NCBI GenBank assembly: GCA_041178425.1
Contig: JBEGVH010000030.1
Coordinates: forward strand, 233,137-297,136
Length of the DNA: 64,000 nt
Origin: Pseudomonadota bacterium
Lineage (GTDB): Bacteria > Bdellovibrionota > Bdellovibrionia > Bdellovibrionales > Bdellovibrionaceae
Reading direction: 5' to 3'
The position numbers and the translations under genes were made by a program. Below, piece after piece: positions 19,521 through 29,692 of this stretch (position 1 is its first letter; the number at the start of each line of letters is the position of its first letter). The notes beneath the pieces are model-generated. The model was given only the letters and a program-made list of their open reading frames with translations. It had not been told where the DNA came from and searched no databases.

Positions 19521-20744
19521 TTAAAATGATCTTTCACCGAGAAAGATTTTTTTACCAGACTTAACGGTTAGAGTGGTCTCCGGGCGATCCGCATGAAGGC
19601 GGATCTTGTAGTCACCCGCGGGAATATTGGCTCGGTAAATAATAAAATTTTTGGGAAGAGTCGACCACTGCCGAAGATCTGCTCGATCCGCAGCATACAT
19701 AGCAATGAGGGCAAGATCGCCAAGAAGTTGGTTTTCTCTGCGAATTCTCTCGGCCACAAGTTCCTTAGCAATCACGCCACCTAGGCGTCTGGCCACTAGT
19801 GCCGCATATTGATCTTCTAAACTTTGAACGGCCACCTGATCAACGTTGAACAAAACTTCGTTTCCACTAAATAGAATGGGAGCAGATTCGATTTTGTTTT
19901 TGAGTTGGAACAACTCCGGAGCATCATTGGTTCGCACTGACCAGATCGGATACATGGCTGGATATCGCATATTGTCTCTGCGAAATCCTTTTCGAGGCCC
20001 CCATCCCTGCTGATAAATCACAATGACTTCGCCCCTAGTTCTATCGGTCCATTCGGGCTTCTCAACAACGTCAGGAAACATTAACTTCCACTTTTTTACC
20101 GCATCGAAGCGGCGCGCTCGCAAATTTGAACGGATAATATCCTCTCTCAACGGAGGATAATCGGGGTTAACGGCGTAAACTTGTTCGTAGGCGATAGCAG
20201 CATCATCCCAGTTTTGGTTGGCCTCGTAAATAATTGCAGATAAGTAGAGCGCCAGGGGATTATCAGTAAAATTTCTCTTTGCTTCTAGGCGAAATCGCCT
20301 TAACTTTTCATTCAGCCGTCGAACCTCAACCATGGCATTTTCGAGATCACCCAAATTGAGATAATTAATCGCTGCCATCGCATTGATGAGAACGACTTCG
20401 TAATCCTCACCTTTATACTGAACCATCTCCTCGCTGGTCAGAAGAGACCCAGTTTCTAGACTCAAAGAGGTGTAGTCTTGAATATCGGCGAATTTATCGG
20501 CGATAAGAAAGTATTTATTACTTTCTTTGTAATCACCTGAAACCTGAAGGGCCGTGGCATAATCAAGAAGATAAATGAGCTGATCTTTGCTCGGCTCATC
20601 AGCCAGCTTTTTCAGCTGACTGAGAGCTTCACTAAAGCGACCATCCTCCAACAAAGAACGAGCATGATCGACCTTGCCCTGGTAGGTGGCACAGGCAACT
20701 AAGAAGAGAAAAAAGAAGCAAAGTATAAGCCGAAAAAACTGCAT
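19521..20744 (-). CDS. COG3014-like TPR lipoprotein
   Basis: Lipobox LVAC; YKGEDYE and ADLRQWSTLP motifs; downstream of the lpoB-like gene. Confidence 0.85.
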   Translation of the reverse strand: MQFFRLILCFFFLFLVACATYQGKVDHARSLLEDGRFSEALSQLKKLADEPSKDQLIYLLDYATALQVSGDYKESNKYFLIADKFADIQDYTSLSLETGSLLTSEEMVQYKGEDYEVVLINAMAAINYLNLGDLENAMVEVRRLNEKLRRFRLEAKRNFTDNPLALYLSAIIYEANQNWDDAAIAYEQVYAVNPDYPPLREDIIRSNLRARRFDAVKKWKLMFPDVVEKPEWTDRTRGEVIVIYQQGWGPRKGFRRDNMRYPAMYPIWSVRTNDAPELFQLKNKIESAPILFSGNEVLFNVDQVAVQSLEDQYAALVARRLGGVIAKELVAERIRRENQLLGDLALIAMYAADRADLRQWSTLPKNFIIYRANIPAGDYKIRLHADRPETTLTVKSGKKIFLGERSF

Positions 20745-20761
20745 TCAACCGTTCATCAAAA

Positions 20762-21376
20762 CTAAAGGCCCAGAGTCTTCTTTTTGTAAAGCTTACGAAT
20801 CTGCTTTTGATCGGTCCACTCTATCACTCCGGATTTGATGCTCGTCAAATTGAGAGTAATTTTATAATAAACGGATTTTTCTTTTCCTGCCTCTTGAACA
20901 ATACTATCGAGCCTTCCATTCACAATAAAATCAGCTCCTGTTTGTGCTCCAGGACCTTTTTTTGTAGTTTCGGAAACACGACCGCTGTTTTGATAGTTAT
21001 ACTCTTGATCAATATCTTCTCTAGCCTCTTTATCCACAAAGGCCATCTTTCCTGTTTTCATTAGCTCGACGCGAACCATGTCCATTATAGACTGTGTGTC
21101 GATATGCTCAGACGTTTTATTTTGCAATTGGGTCACCATAACCACCGGACGGGTTCTCGCGCCCGTCACAACGGGATGAGTCACTAAGCTTGCGACCATC
21201 GACTTTACGGTTTCTTGCATATCACTTTCAGACCACTCATCAGTCATAAGATTTGTTCGCTCCACGTTATCATCGTACTTTCCTTTAACAAACGCACTTG
21301 GGCCACATCCGATGACAAAACCAATCAATGCGATAACCGAGCTAAATATAATTTGCTTATAAACTGAGTGTTGCAT
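20762..21376 (-). CDS. lpoB: Penicillin-binding protein activator LpoB-like lipoprotein
   Basis: Lipobox VIGC; NKTSEHID, GADF and YYKITLNL motifs; GGAGG RBS. Confidence 0.8.
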   Translation of the reverse strand: MQHSVYKQIIFSSVIALIGFVIGCGPSAFVKGKYDDNVERTNLMTDEWSESDMQETVKSMVASLVTHPVVTGARTRPVVMVTQLQNKTSEHIDTQSIMDMVRVELMKTGKMAFVDKEAREDIDQEYNYQNSGRVSETTKKGPGAQTGADFIVNGRLDSIVQEAGKEKSVYYKITLNLTSIKSGVIEWTDQKQIRKLYKKKTLGL

Positions 21377-21520
21377 AAAAACCTCCGTCGTTATTTTCAA
21401 AAAAACACACTTGTTAAGTTTAAGGTTATTAATACCCAATCATCAACGCCGGATTTCGGATCAAGATCCGCATCACGTCAAAAGGAATTGATTTAAACGA
21501 AAATAAGGTTTGCCCAAAAA

Positions 21521-21949
21521 TTGCAAACTACCTGGGACATGCAGATAATTTCAAGCCTTCAAGCCTATAGCCTTTTAAAAAAATACATGATTCAAGACGT
21601 CGAAGAGCTTTGGTGCCTCGCCCTGGGTCCCAGCCTAAAACTCTTATCGATCAAGATGATCTTTCGAGGGACGGTGGATTCATGCACTGTGCATCCTCGC
21701 GATATCTTTCGATTTGCCTGCTTGAAAAATGCCTCACAATTAATTATCGCACACAATCACCCGAGCGGAGATTGCTCGCCATCAATACAAGATCTTCAAT
21801 TCACACAACGGATTGTGTTTGTGGGCCGAGAGATAGAAATTCCCATTATTGACCACCTTATTATCACACGAAAGTCGTACCGGAGCTTGGCCGAGACCAA
21901 AGAGATTTGCTTTAACTCCGACCGTCTTAACGATTGGGCAAACTCTTAG
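21521..21949 (+). CDS. radC: RadC-like stand-alone JAB domain protein
   Basis: GTVDSCTVHPRDIF, HNHPSGD..PS..D, IDHLII. Start may be 21539. Confidence 0.88.
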   Translation: MQTTWDMQIISSLQAYSLLKKYMIQDVEELWCLALGPSLKLLSIKMIFRGTVDSCTVHPRDIFRFACLKNASQLIIAHNHPSGDCSPSIQDLQFTQRIVFVGREIEIPIIDHLIITRKSYRSLAETKEICFNSDRLNDWANS

Positions 21950-22526
21950 GATCAAAAATAGAAGGGGCGTCCTTAATCTCAATCTTTCGAACACTGCGAA
22001 CTTTAAAATTTTCATCAATTTGAACATCGTACCCCTGGCTTTTGGCTTTGGCGATAATCGCTCCGGCCAGTGCCTTTTTGTACTGAGCTTCTTCTTTCGC
22101 ACGACGCAGGTCTTCTAGAATTTCGTGCTGTATTTGCTGACTTAAAGGCCGCTGCTGAACAGCCGTCAAGGCCATGGCATTTAAGTCTTGCCCCTCAAAA
22201 GAACTCATTTCGCCCGAATCAAAATCGAGGGGCAATTGATTAAAAATGAGGCCCGGCTCAACGCTCTCTTCCTCCGACTCTGCAATCGGAGGGGCGGTGA
22301 TGGCATTAATGCGTTCGACATTTTCTCTATTCATTTCTTGGCTATCATAAACATCTCGAAGATGTTTATTTACTAACTCCATCGTATTGACCGGAGCACT
22401 CGACTGCACGACCGGCACAGGCTCAGTCGGTGGAGATTCAAAACTCACAAGTGCCACAATCAGTAAAAAGAGACCCGCTAAAAGAACGGCGATGGCCAAA
22501 TCTTTTCCTCTAGGATCTTTATTCAT
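21927..22526 (-). CDS. Membrane-anchored hypothetical protein
   Basis: N-terminal hydrophobic helix; start overlaps the stop of the upstream gene. Confidence 0.7.
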   Translation of the reverse strand: MNKDPRGKDLAIAVLLAGLFLLIVALVSFESPPTEPVPVVQSSAPVNTMELVNKHLRDVYDSQEMNRENVERINAITAPPIAESEEESVEPGLIFNQLPLDFDSGEMSSFEGQDLNAMALTAVQQRPLSQQIQHEILEDLRRAKEEAQYKKALAGAIIAKAKSQGYDVQIDENFKVRSVRKIEIKDAPSIFDPKSLPNR

Positions 22527-23068
22527 TGAGACTCCTTTTGGAAACCCTGAAGAAAAGAACTGGGCACATCGAACGACTGCAATAGTTCAAACCGCCCATT
22601 GCCAGGGTTGAACTTTACAACCTCCAGAATAGGAGCGAATTCTAAATTGTAAGTCGGAACAACGAGCTCTAACAACTCATCCGCATCTAAATTTGCCACG
22701 GCAAGATTGGTCGCTTCGCCCATAAAGGTAACAAAGCCATCTATCGAGTTAGGAAGTTCTAGGCGTTGAATCAAATTCATTGAACTTGTTGAAGTCTCAA
22801 TAATTTTATCGGCATCTGATTCATAGAATTCGAGAAACAGTGATTCACCTTCCTTAATTTTAAAAACCAAAACAGGCTGCCCTTGATTCTTGAGATCATC
22901 GCGAAGCGTAGCAACAATTCGGCGCTCCACCGGACGAAAAAGTCCTCGGATCTTGTCACGCCATTGCGGTGTTGCCATAATCACTATGAGCATAACGACA
23001 GCGGTCACCAAAAAAGCATAAATTGCTTTTAACAGGTAGTGTGAATTTAAATCGGTTCTCGACGACAT
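22523..23068 (-). CDS. Membrane-anchored hypothetical protein
   Basis: N-terminal TM segment; NLDADELLELVV FG-GAP-like loop; start uncertain. Confidence 0.65.
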   Translation of the reverse strand: MSSRTDLNSHYLLKAIYAFLVTAVVMLIVIMATPQWRDKIRGLFRPVERRIVATLRDDLKNQGQPVLVFKIKEGESLFLEFYESDADKIIETSTSSMNLIQRLELPNSIDGFVTFMGEATNLAVANLDADELLELVVPTYNLEFAPILEVVKFNPGNGRFELLQSFDVPSSFLQGFQKESQ

Positions 23069-23117
23069 AGTAATTAGAAGTGTAATCGTTTGTATCGACT
23101 CAATAAAGGAGGAACTC

Positions 23118-23717
23118 ATGAATCGCGAAGAATTTTACGGACTGCTCAAAATGAGACGCTCTATCCGAAAGTACAAACCAGACCCCATCCCTCGCGAAAC
23201 TCTCCAGCGAATACTTGATGGCGCCGTAGAAGCACCCTCTGGAAAGAATCGTCAGAATTGGCGTTTTATTGTGGTCAGTGGGAAAAAGCGCGATGACTAT
23301 CTGAAATACTCCCAAAAGTCGTGGGAAAACATCAGAGATATCCTCAAAGCTCGTCTAAAACCTTCTCTCTATGATTTTACGGAGCGCTTTTTCTATACTT
23401 TAGGACAGGCTCCAACCATTATCTTTTGCTACTCTATCAATGATCCCGACGAAAAATACCTAACCTCAATAGGAAGTGTTTATATGGCTGCCGAAAATAT
23501 CAATCTCGCAGCTTTTGCCGAGGGACTTGGTTGCTGCACCATGGGTGCCCCGCTTGAAATTAAAGAAGAAGTTAATCAATTTCTAGGAGTCACAGATTGG
23601 CCCGAATTTAAGGAGGGACGCATGGAACTTCTCTGTGCCATCACTCTTGGAGTTCCCGATCATGAACCCCCAAAGGCAGAACGACAAATAGAAGGGCGAA
23701 TCACTTGGCTTGAATAA
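23118..23717 (+). CDS. Nitroreductase family protein
   Basis: RRSIRKY, APSGKNRQNWRF, EGLGCC; AGGAGG RBS. Confidence 0.93.
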   Translation: MNREEFYGLLKMRRSIRKYKPDPIPRETLQRILDGAVEAPSGKNRQNWRFIVVSGKKRDDYLKYSQKSWENIRDILKARLKPSLYDFTERFFYTLGQAPTIIFCYSINDPDEKYLTSIGSVYMAAENINLAAFAEGLGCCTMGAPLEIKEEVNQFLGVTDWPEFKEGRMELLCAITLGVPDHEPPKAERQIEGRITWLE

Positions 23718-23749
23718 GCCAAAACAAAACTCTACAAAGTAACCGTCAG

Positions 23750-24445
23750 CTAACGAAACCTGGCTACGAACGATAGATTTCGACCCGATTGCTGGCCATC
23801 GCGTCGATAGGAGTGCCATTGGAAATCGGAGACCGTATCGATGTCGAGGGCCTGAATATTGTCGTTTGGTATTTTTAAGTCCCAGAGCTGAGTTCTTACA
23901 ATTTTTTCTAAATCGACCCTAAATTTTGCATTTGGGAGCTTTTCATAAAAACTTTTCGCCTCATGGTGAAAACTCACCGGAACCGAATCCATCAGTTGAA
24001 CCCAAACAGGCTCATGCACCTCAAAACTTCGCAAACGGATGTGTGGCCCCATCACAATCTTTAAGTCTAGCGGATTGCAGCCAATTTCTAAAAGTGGAAT
24101 CACAGCCTTAGAGGCAATTTGCGATACTACTCCCCTCCACCCAGCATGAATTCCCAAGACTGCTTTTTTCTTTGGATCAATCACAAAAAGGGGAATGCAA
24201 TCGGCTGTTTTGATATAAAGTGCTTGAAAGCACTCTGTTGAGAATAGCGCGTCAGCTTCGATCGTCTCGTGCGAGGCTCTCACCACTCGGTCGCTATGCA
24301 CTTGTTTCACCGATCTCGATTCAAAGTGAGGAAAGCTTGCTTTTAGATTTTCAGAATGAGCCCGTTGATCACCAAAAAAAACCAAGTAATCTTCAAAAAG
24401 ACACTGTAATCCTAAATCGTGGGCCTCAACCTTAAACATCATCAC
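23750..24445 (-). CDS. pgeF: PgeF/YfiH (peptidoglycan editing factor / purine nucleoside phosphorylase) family
   Basis: KQVH, TADCIP, IHAGWRG, GPHI, SYRR; follows rluD. Confidence 0.92.
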   Translation of the reverse strand: MMMFKVEAHDLGLQCLFEDYLVFFGDQRAHSENLKASFPHFESRSVKQVHSDRVVRASHETIEADALFSTECFQALYIKTADCIPLFVIDPKKKAVLGIHAGWRGVVSQIASKAVIPLLEIGCNPLDLKIVMGPHIRLRSFEVHEPVWVQLMDSVPVSFHHEAKSFYEKLPNAKFRVDLEKIVRTQLWDLKIPNDNIQALDIDTVSDFQWHSYRRDGQQSGRNLSFVARFR

Positions 24446-25398
24446 ATCCCAAAAAGTTCTTTGACTAAGTCTTTATAATCTAAGGGCCACTCTTTTTCAA
24501 AAAGGAGCGACTCTTTTGTTACCGGATGAACAAAACCCAGCTCTGCGGCATGAAGTGCAAAGCGAGGAACAGCTCGGTACTTTTTTGAGGCTCCGTAGGT
24601 TTCATCACCCAAAATCGGATGTCCTAATTCTGACAGGTGAACGCGAATTTGATGCGTACGACCTGTGTGAAGCTTAAGCTTAACATAGGTCAGACCTGAC
24701 GGGTGCCTCCCAATGACTTGGTAATCAGTATGGGCCCACTTTCCCACTCCAGGATTCAGATTGGGGTCTTGAATTATTTTACGGTCCCTATCTCTTATTG
24801 ATGCAAACCTTTTTCGGTCGGTTGGATGTCGAGCTAGAAAGCTTTTAATCGTTCCACCTTCTTGTTTAATGGAGCCGCAAGCGATCGCTAAATACCGTCG
24901 ATGAATTGTGCGGTCTTTAAATTGTGCCGCCAACGCCACCTGGCTCGAGTCATTCTTAGCCACAACCATAATACCACTAGTGTCTTTATCTAATCGATGA
25001 ACGATGCCAGGACGATGTTCTCCAAACTTCATGGCAAAGTCATCGGAATGAGCCACCAAAGCATTCACCAAGGTATCTTGCGCGTGTCCGGCCGCTGGAT
25101 GCACGACCAATCCGGGTGGCTTATTGATAACCATGATATGCTCATCTTCAAAAAGTATTTCAAGCTCGATATCGAGAGGCTGCAATGTCAGTGGGGTCGC
25201 TTCTGGAATTTCAATCAAAAGGCTCTCGCCACCCTTCAAAACAAAAGAGGGCTTAACCTGCATTTGATTGACTAAAACACTCCCTGAATCAATGAGCTGA
25301 ATGGCACGCGAACGAGACTGCACTTGTTCAACAGTCCCGAGGTATTTATCAAGGCGAGTTCCTCGAGCTGTCTCGGGAACTTGAAGTTCAATTTTCAT
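24442..25398 (-). CDS. rluD: RluA-family pseudouridine synthase (RluD-like, with S4 domain)
   Basis: RLDKYL, NKPPGLVVHP, HRLDKDTSG, TGRTHQIRVH. Confidence 0.93.
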   Translation of the reverse strand: MKIELQVPETARGTRLDKYLGTVEQVQSRSRAIQLIDSGSVLVNQMQVKPSFVLKGGESLLIEIPEATPLTLQPLDIELEILFEDEHIMVINKPPGLVVHPAAGHAQDTLVNALVAHSDDFAMKFGEHRPGIVHRLDKDTSGIMVVAKNDSSQVALAAQFKDRTIHRRYLAIACGSIKQEGGTIKSFLARHPTDRKRFASIRDRDRKIIQDPNLNPGVGKWAHTDYQVIGRHPSGLTYVKLKLHTGRTHQIRVHLSELGHPILGDETYGASKKYRAVPRFALHAAELGFVHPVTKESLLFEKEWPLDYKDLVKELFGM

Positions 25399-26027
25399 TT
25401 GTTTTTAGCGAGATTAGCCTTGTAGAGTTTCATGTATGAATCTGCTGTTTTACGCTCATCGAGGCCATAAATACGGCTCATCTGAACAATAAAACCTCGA
25501 ACAAACACTTGAGCCGGCATTCCTTCCCAATCGTTCTGCTCTAGCGCATCAAGATAGTGAGGATTAATTCGAGTTATTTCACTGAGTTTATCCAAAGTAA
25601 TATTTTTGTACTCACGAACCTTTTTTAAGAAGGGACCATCACACACGTCTTGGTGTCGAATCATCTCTTCCATCGACTCATCAACTTTATAGGTTGGGCG
25701 AAAGTGAACTTTTTGCTTATCCACTTTTGTTGCTCCCAGCGGACCAACGATATCGTGAAAAGTGAGTTCTTCAATTCGCGTGTCGGGGTCTTTGAGGATT
25801 TCATCGTAACGGTTGCGATAGATGGTATTACCCAGAACCGAGTAAGCCTCTTCAATCAGCTTGAGCAACTCCCTCGCTTCTTCGGTTGAAAAAACCGTAT
25901 AGAGAGCAGGATTGTCTGATGCGTAGGTGATTTTTGCACGCTCATAAGCCCGAGAGACCTCGTGTTGAGGACTTCCAGGCAACACTTCTAATAACTCGTA
26001 GTATGTTCCAACAAAAGATTTGCTCAT
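25395..26027 (-). CDS. Degenerate J-domain plus RodZ-type HTH protein
   Basis: TYYELLEV...EAYSVL...RNRYD J-like fold lacking HPD; LKKVRE...ITRIN..YLDALE...VFVRGF HTH. Confidence 0.75.
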   Translation of the reverse strand: MSKSFVGTYYELLEVLPGSPQHEVSRAYERAKITYASDNPALYTVFSTEEARELLKLIEEAYSVLGNTIYRNRYDEILKDPDTRIEELTFHDIVGPLGATKVDKQKVHFRPTYKVDESMEEMIRHQDVCDGPFLKKVREYKNITLDKLSEITRINPHYLDALEQNDWEGMPAQVFVRGFIVQMSRIYGLDERKTADSYMKLYKANLAKNK

Positions 26028-26032
26028 CTCTT

Positions 26033-27004
26033 TTATACTACGGCCCTTTGAGAAGTCTGATCAACTAAATGCTTAACTAGCGCCTGAATTTGTCCAACGA
26101 GGGGGTTGAAAGGTTGATGAATCAAGACTGGAACCCTCTGTCGGGAGCATTGCCATACTGCATTATCGTACTGAATAGAACCCACGGCCTGGATATCTAA
26201 GAAATAAAATTTGTTACAAATACTTCTTATTGGCTCACCCAAACGGTCATCTTCGTAGTTTCGCGCTTGATTGATAACCAGCTTAAGAGGTCCGAAGGGA
26301 ATGGATTCATCTTCGTTCTTTTTGCGAAGTTCCTCTAAATAGTTTCTGACGATATAAAACGAAGCTTTTCCGCCAGGCTCTGCTTGCATTCTTTTTTTGT
26401 TAAACTCACAAAGTTGACGAGCATCCTCAGCGTTCAAAACGACTTTCATGATGTAATTCTCGATCCAACGATAGGTTTTCTCGATAGACGTTGCCTCTGG
26501 CGTTGTCATCAAAAAGGTTTCATCGACTTTTAAAAGAATATCCTTATGGTGATCTTCACAACCTGCCGAAAGATCAAAGAGCACGATATCAAACGGTTGA
26601 GATTTGAGATCGGCTATGAGATCGGAAACATCGCGCTTGTAAACATCAGGGTCATTCCATTGGCAAGTATCACCCGCAATGAGGCATAACTTTTCATGAT
26701 CGAGAGTTGTTATATAATTCTTAATTGAGTCAGTTCCGCGATAATAATCAGAAATATTTTTATTTTTAACAAGAGTCCCCATCCAACTGTGAAGATTCCC
26801 ACCGTTCTGATCTAAATCAACAATAAGAACTCGATAACCTTGTCGACTAAGAGTGATACCAAGAGAAGAAGTAAAAAAGCTGCGACCAACGCCACCTTTG
26901 CCTGAAGCAATCGCCCAAAAAAGTGGTTTAGATCCATTTCCAGAGACACGCTTTTTCTCGAGATATACAATAGGACCAACCTGATCGAAATTTTCTGACT
27001 TCAT
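26033..27004 (-). CDS. MinD/FlhG-like P-loop ATPase
   Basis: ASGKGGVGRS, VDLD, DLSAG, TTPEATS, LVINQ; GGAGG RBS before ATG at 27004. Confidence 0.85.
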   Translation of the reverse strand: MKSENFDQVGPIVYLEKKRVSGNGSKPLFWAIASGKGGVGRSFFTSSLGITLSRQGYRVLIVDLDQNGGNLHSWMGTLVKNKNISDYYRGTDSIKNYITTLDHEKLCLIAGDTCQWNDPDVYKRDVSDLIADLKSQPFDIVLFDLSAGCEDHHKDILLKVDETFLMTTPEATSIEKTYRWIENYIMKVVLNAEDARQLCEFNKKRMQAEPGGKASFYIVRNYLEELRKKNEDESIPFGPLKLVINQARNYEDDRLGEPIRSICNKFYFLDIQAVGSIQYDNAVWQCSRQRVPVLIHQPFNPLVGQIQALVKHLVDQTSQRAVV

Positions 27005-27108
27005 GTCAACCTCCAGGATTCGCCTTCTGCGAATCGCTTTCAAAATTTCAGAAAAGCCTCACAAACGCATTTGCTTTTTGAGGTCCAGACAACAATTGTT
27101 TAGTCGCC

Positions 27109-27867
27109 TTATTTACTATTTTTATTTTCCTCAGCGGCCGAGGCACGAAGATAAGTTGGAACTAGCTCTCGCCAGTGCAAGATTTGTTTGTTTGTCCAGT
27201 TCTTGAGAGTCAAAGAGGCCAGGGTTTTGGCCACTGGATGGTCTTTCGGACAGCCCGTTCGGAGCCAACGCGAATTTTTCTCTGGGTCAAACGTGTTTTC
27301 GTAGGCAAAAAAACCGTCACCAAGAAGCTGGACTTTGCTCGTACTGCTATTCGCCATCGCGACAGAAATCCAGTCATTAAATTGTTCAACAGCAACGGTT
27401 TGTGGCTCCTGCCGACCAACTAAGTCACCCTTTGGATCTCTCTCATAGAGAGCACAAAAAACCATGTTTTTAAAGGCATTGATTATTGGGAGCACAAAAG
27501 GAGTTTCCTCACAATCCTCGGCTTGATTCGCCAGAACTTCGAGAGTACTAAAACTCACGATGGGCTTATCTTTAGCAAAAGCGATGGCTTTTGCTAAATT
27601 GGTTGCAACTCTCACCCCCGTGAAACTTCCGGGCCCGTGCGAAACAGCAACTAAATCGAGTTGCTCCCAACTCCCTGGCAAATTTTGAATGGCCCGTTCA
27701 ACGGCTCCGTTAATCCATTCGCTATGTGATTTTTGTCGAAAGCATTCTTCTGAAAAAATAATTTGATTGTGAAGTGTCAGGGCCACACTCGCCAGCTGGG
27801 TGCTAGAATCAATGGCTAGAACAGAGCGCTGAGTGCTCTGTTCTAGTTGTATTTTTTTAGTTTCCAA
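27109..27867 (-). CDS. tsaB: tRNA t6A biosynthesis protein TsaB
   Basis: LAIDSST, HSE, GPGSFTGVRV, PTYLR; start uncertain. Confidence 0.93.
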   Translation of the reverse strand: METKKIQLEQSTQRSVLAIDSSTQLASVALTLHNQIIFSEECFRQKSHSEWINGAVERAIQNLPGSWEQLDLVAVSHGPGSFTGVRVATNLAKAIAFAKDKPIVSFSTLEVLANQAEDCEETPFVLPIINAFKNMVFCALYERDPKGDLVGRQEPQTVAVEQFNDWISVAMANSSTSKVQLLGDGFFAYENTFDPEKNSRWLRTGCPKDHPVAKTLASLTLKNWTNKQILHWRELVPTYLRASAAEENKNSK

Positions 27868-29515
27868 AAAATCGTGAGAAATCATTGAACAAGGCAAATA
27901 CCATTAAACTCATCAATACCACAATTCCAAATTTCTGAGCCATTTCTATTTTTCTAAGACTCAACGGCGATCCTTTTAAGAGCTCAATTGTGTAGAACAC
28001 CATATGCCCCCCATCGAGAACTGGAATGGGTAAAAGATTCAAAATAAAGAGATTTATCGATATCACTCCCATCATGCTGAAAAACTGCCCGAGGCCCATT
28101 TTAAAGGTTTCGCTAGCAGCCTGTCCGATAGAAATAATTCCACTTATATTCTTTGGTGAAATTTCAGCCTTGAAGAGTTTTACAAAGCTCACGAGGGTCA
28201 TCGCCGTGACTTCCCAAGTGCGTTCAATCCCTCGAACAAATGCATCGATACTCAATCCGTATTTAACGGTGGCCAACTCTGGAATACTCGGAAATAGCCA
28301 AGGAACTATTCCGATGGTGAATCGATCCTCTCGCAACCCCTGGGAACTTGTCGTTGACGTCATAACGGGAGTAATCTCGAATGCTTTCTGTTCTCCACTA
28401 CGTTCAACCTTAAGTTTTATAGATCCGTCTTCTTTTTTGAAGAGCTTTACCGTATTTTGCACCACTTCCCACTGGTTGACGGGAGCACCTTGAATCTCAA
28501 GTAATTTATCACCCGCCATTAACCCCGCAGCTTGCGCGGGAGTGCCGGGCATTACCTTTGCCAAAAATAGCTCCCCTTTTTCAAGGCCCACGTCCGCAAA
28601 GGTAGCACCTGTTGGAGCTTCAGAGATTTCGAGATCCATTGGTTCGAATTTATCTTTGGTTTGCTCTCGAATCACCGTCACTTTCAATGGTGGGGTTGCT
28701 TTGAGAATAGTATCTTCTGCTTCTCGCCAGTACTTAACTTCTTTACCGTTCACCTTCGAAATAAAATCGCCTGTACGAAAACCCATTCGATAAGCCCATG
28801 AATCTTGTCGAGCCACGCCAACACCGGGCTCAGACGCTAGGTTTGTTAAACCTGGTAAGCTTCCCATGGTCTTGCTTAGACTCAACAACCCTGTGTCGGG
28901 TAGAGCTTGCGGAGTAATTTTGAGAGTTTCCTCAGCGCCCGAGCGATGACCCACTTTAATGACTAACTCTTGCCCAATGGCCTTGTTCATAAGTTTTTGA
29001 AACTCGGCCCATGTTCTAATCGATTGTTCACCCACCGAGAGAACCTTATCTCCACTGCGAAAACCAACTTGATAAGCCATAGAGCTATCGGAAATATCAC
29101 CAATAACGGGAGCCTTCTGATCTTCGCCAAACATTGCGATTCCGACGAAAAGCACGATGGCAAAGAGCAAGTTCATGATGGGCCCAGCAAGAACAACTCC
29201 AATTCGCTGCAGAACCGGCTTATGAACAAAGCTAAAGGCGTGCTGGGAGGATTCTACATCAGCACCTAACTCATCTCCGAACATCTTTACGTATCCGCCT
29301 ATTGGCAAAAGACTGATCGCGTACTCAGTGTCACCCCGGCGACGCTTCCAAAGCTTTTTGCCGACTCCAATACTGAAAACTTCAACCCTGACTCCAAAAT
29401 ACTTTGCCACCATAAAGTGACCCAATTCGTGAACAAAAACCGTGAGTGAAATTAATATGACGAATGGAAGAATTAAGTTCATTCCGGATTGCAACCAACT
29501 GAAAACCAAATCCAT
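27857..29515 (-). CDS. rseP: RIP metalloprotease RseP with multiple PDZ domains
   Basis: HELGH, GGYVKM, AGP..N, NLLPIPVLDGG. Confidence 0.96.
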   Translation of the reverse strand: MDLVFSWLQSGMNLILPFVILISLTVFVHELGHFMVAKYFGVRVEVFSIGVGKKLWKRRRGDTEYAISLLPIGGYVKMFGDELGADVESSQHAFSFVHKPVLQRIGVVLAGPIMNLLFAIVLFVGIAMFGEDQKAPVIGDISDSSMAYQVGFRSGDKVLSVGEQSIRTWAEFQKLMNKAIGQELVIKVGHRSGAEETLKITPQALPDTGLLSLSKTMGSLPGLTNLASEPGVGVARQDSWAYRMGFRTGDFISKVNGKEVKYWREAEDTILKATPPLKVTVIREQTKDKFEPMDLEISEAPTGATFADVGLEKGELFLAKVMPGTPAQAAGLMAGDKLLEIQGAPVNQWEVVQNTVKLFKKEDGSIKLKVERSGEQKAFEITPVMTSTTSSQGLREDRFTIGIVPWLFPSIPELATVKYGLSIDAFVRGIERTWEVTAMTLVSFVKLFKAEISPKNISGIISIGQAASETFKMGLGQFFSMMGVISINLFILNLLPIPVLDGGHMVFYTIELLKGSPLSLRKIEMAQKFGIVVLMSLMVFALFNDFSRFFGN

Positions 29516-29692
29516 ATTTTCCCCCTTAAAACAATCCTACGAAAACTTGCCTTCTTGGCAATGCCCTATTGTATCTATATTTCTTAGAGCTAAACAACCC
29601 TGTGTGAAACGCCCCGGCAATATCAATCAATTTTATTGAGCCATGGCGTAAAAGCACCAGTGAATTGAATTTTAAGAGATTTTGGCTGAGCT

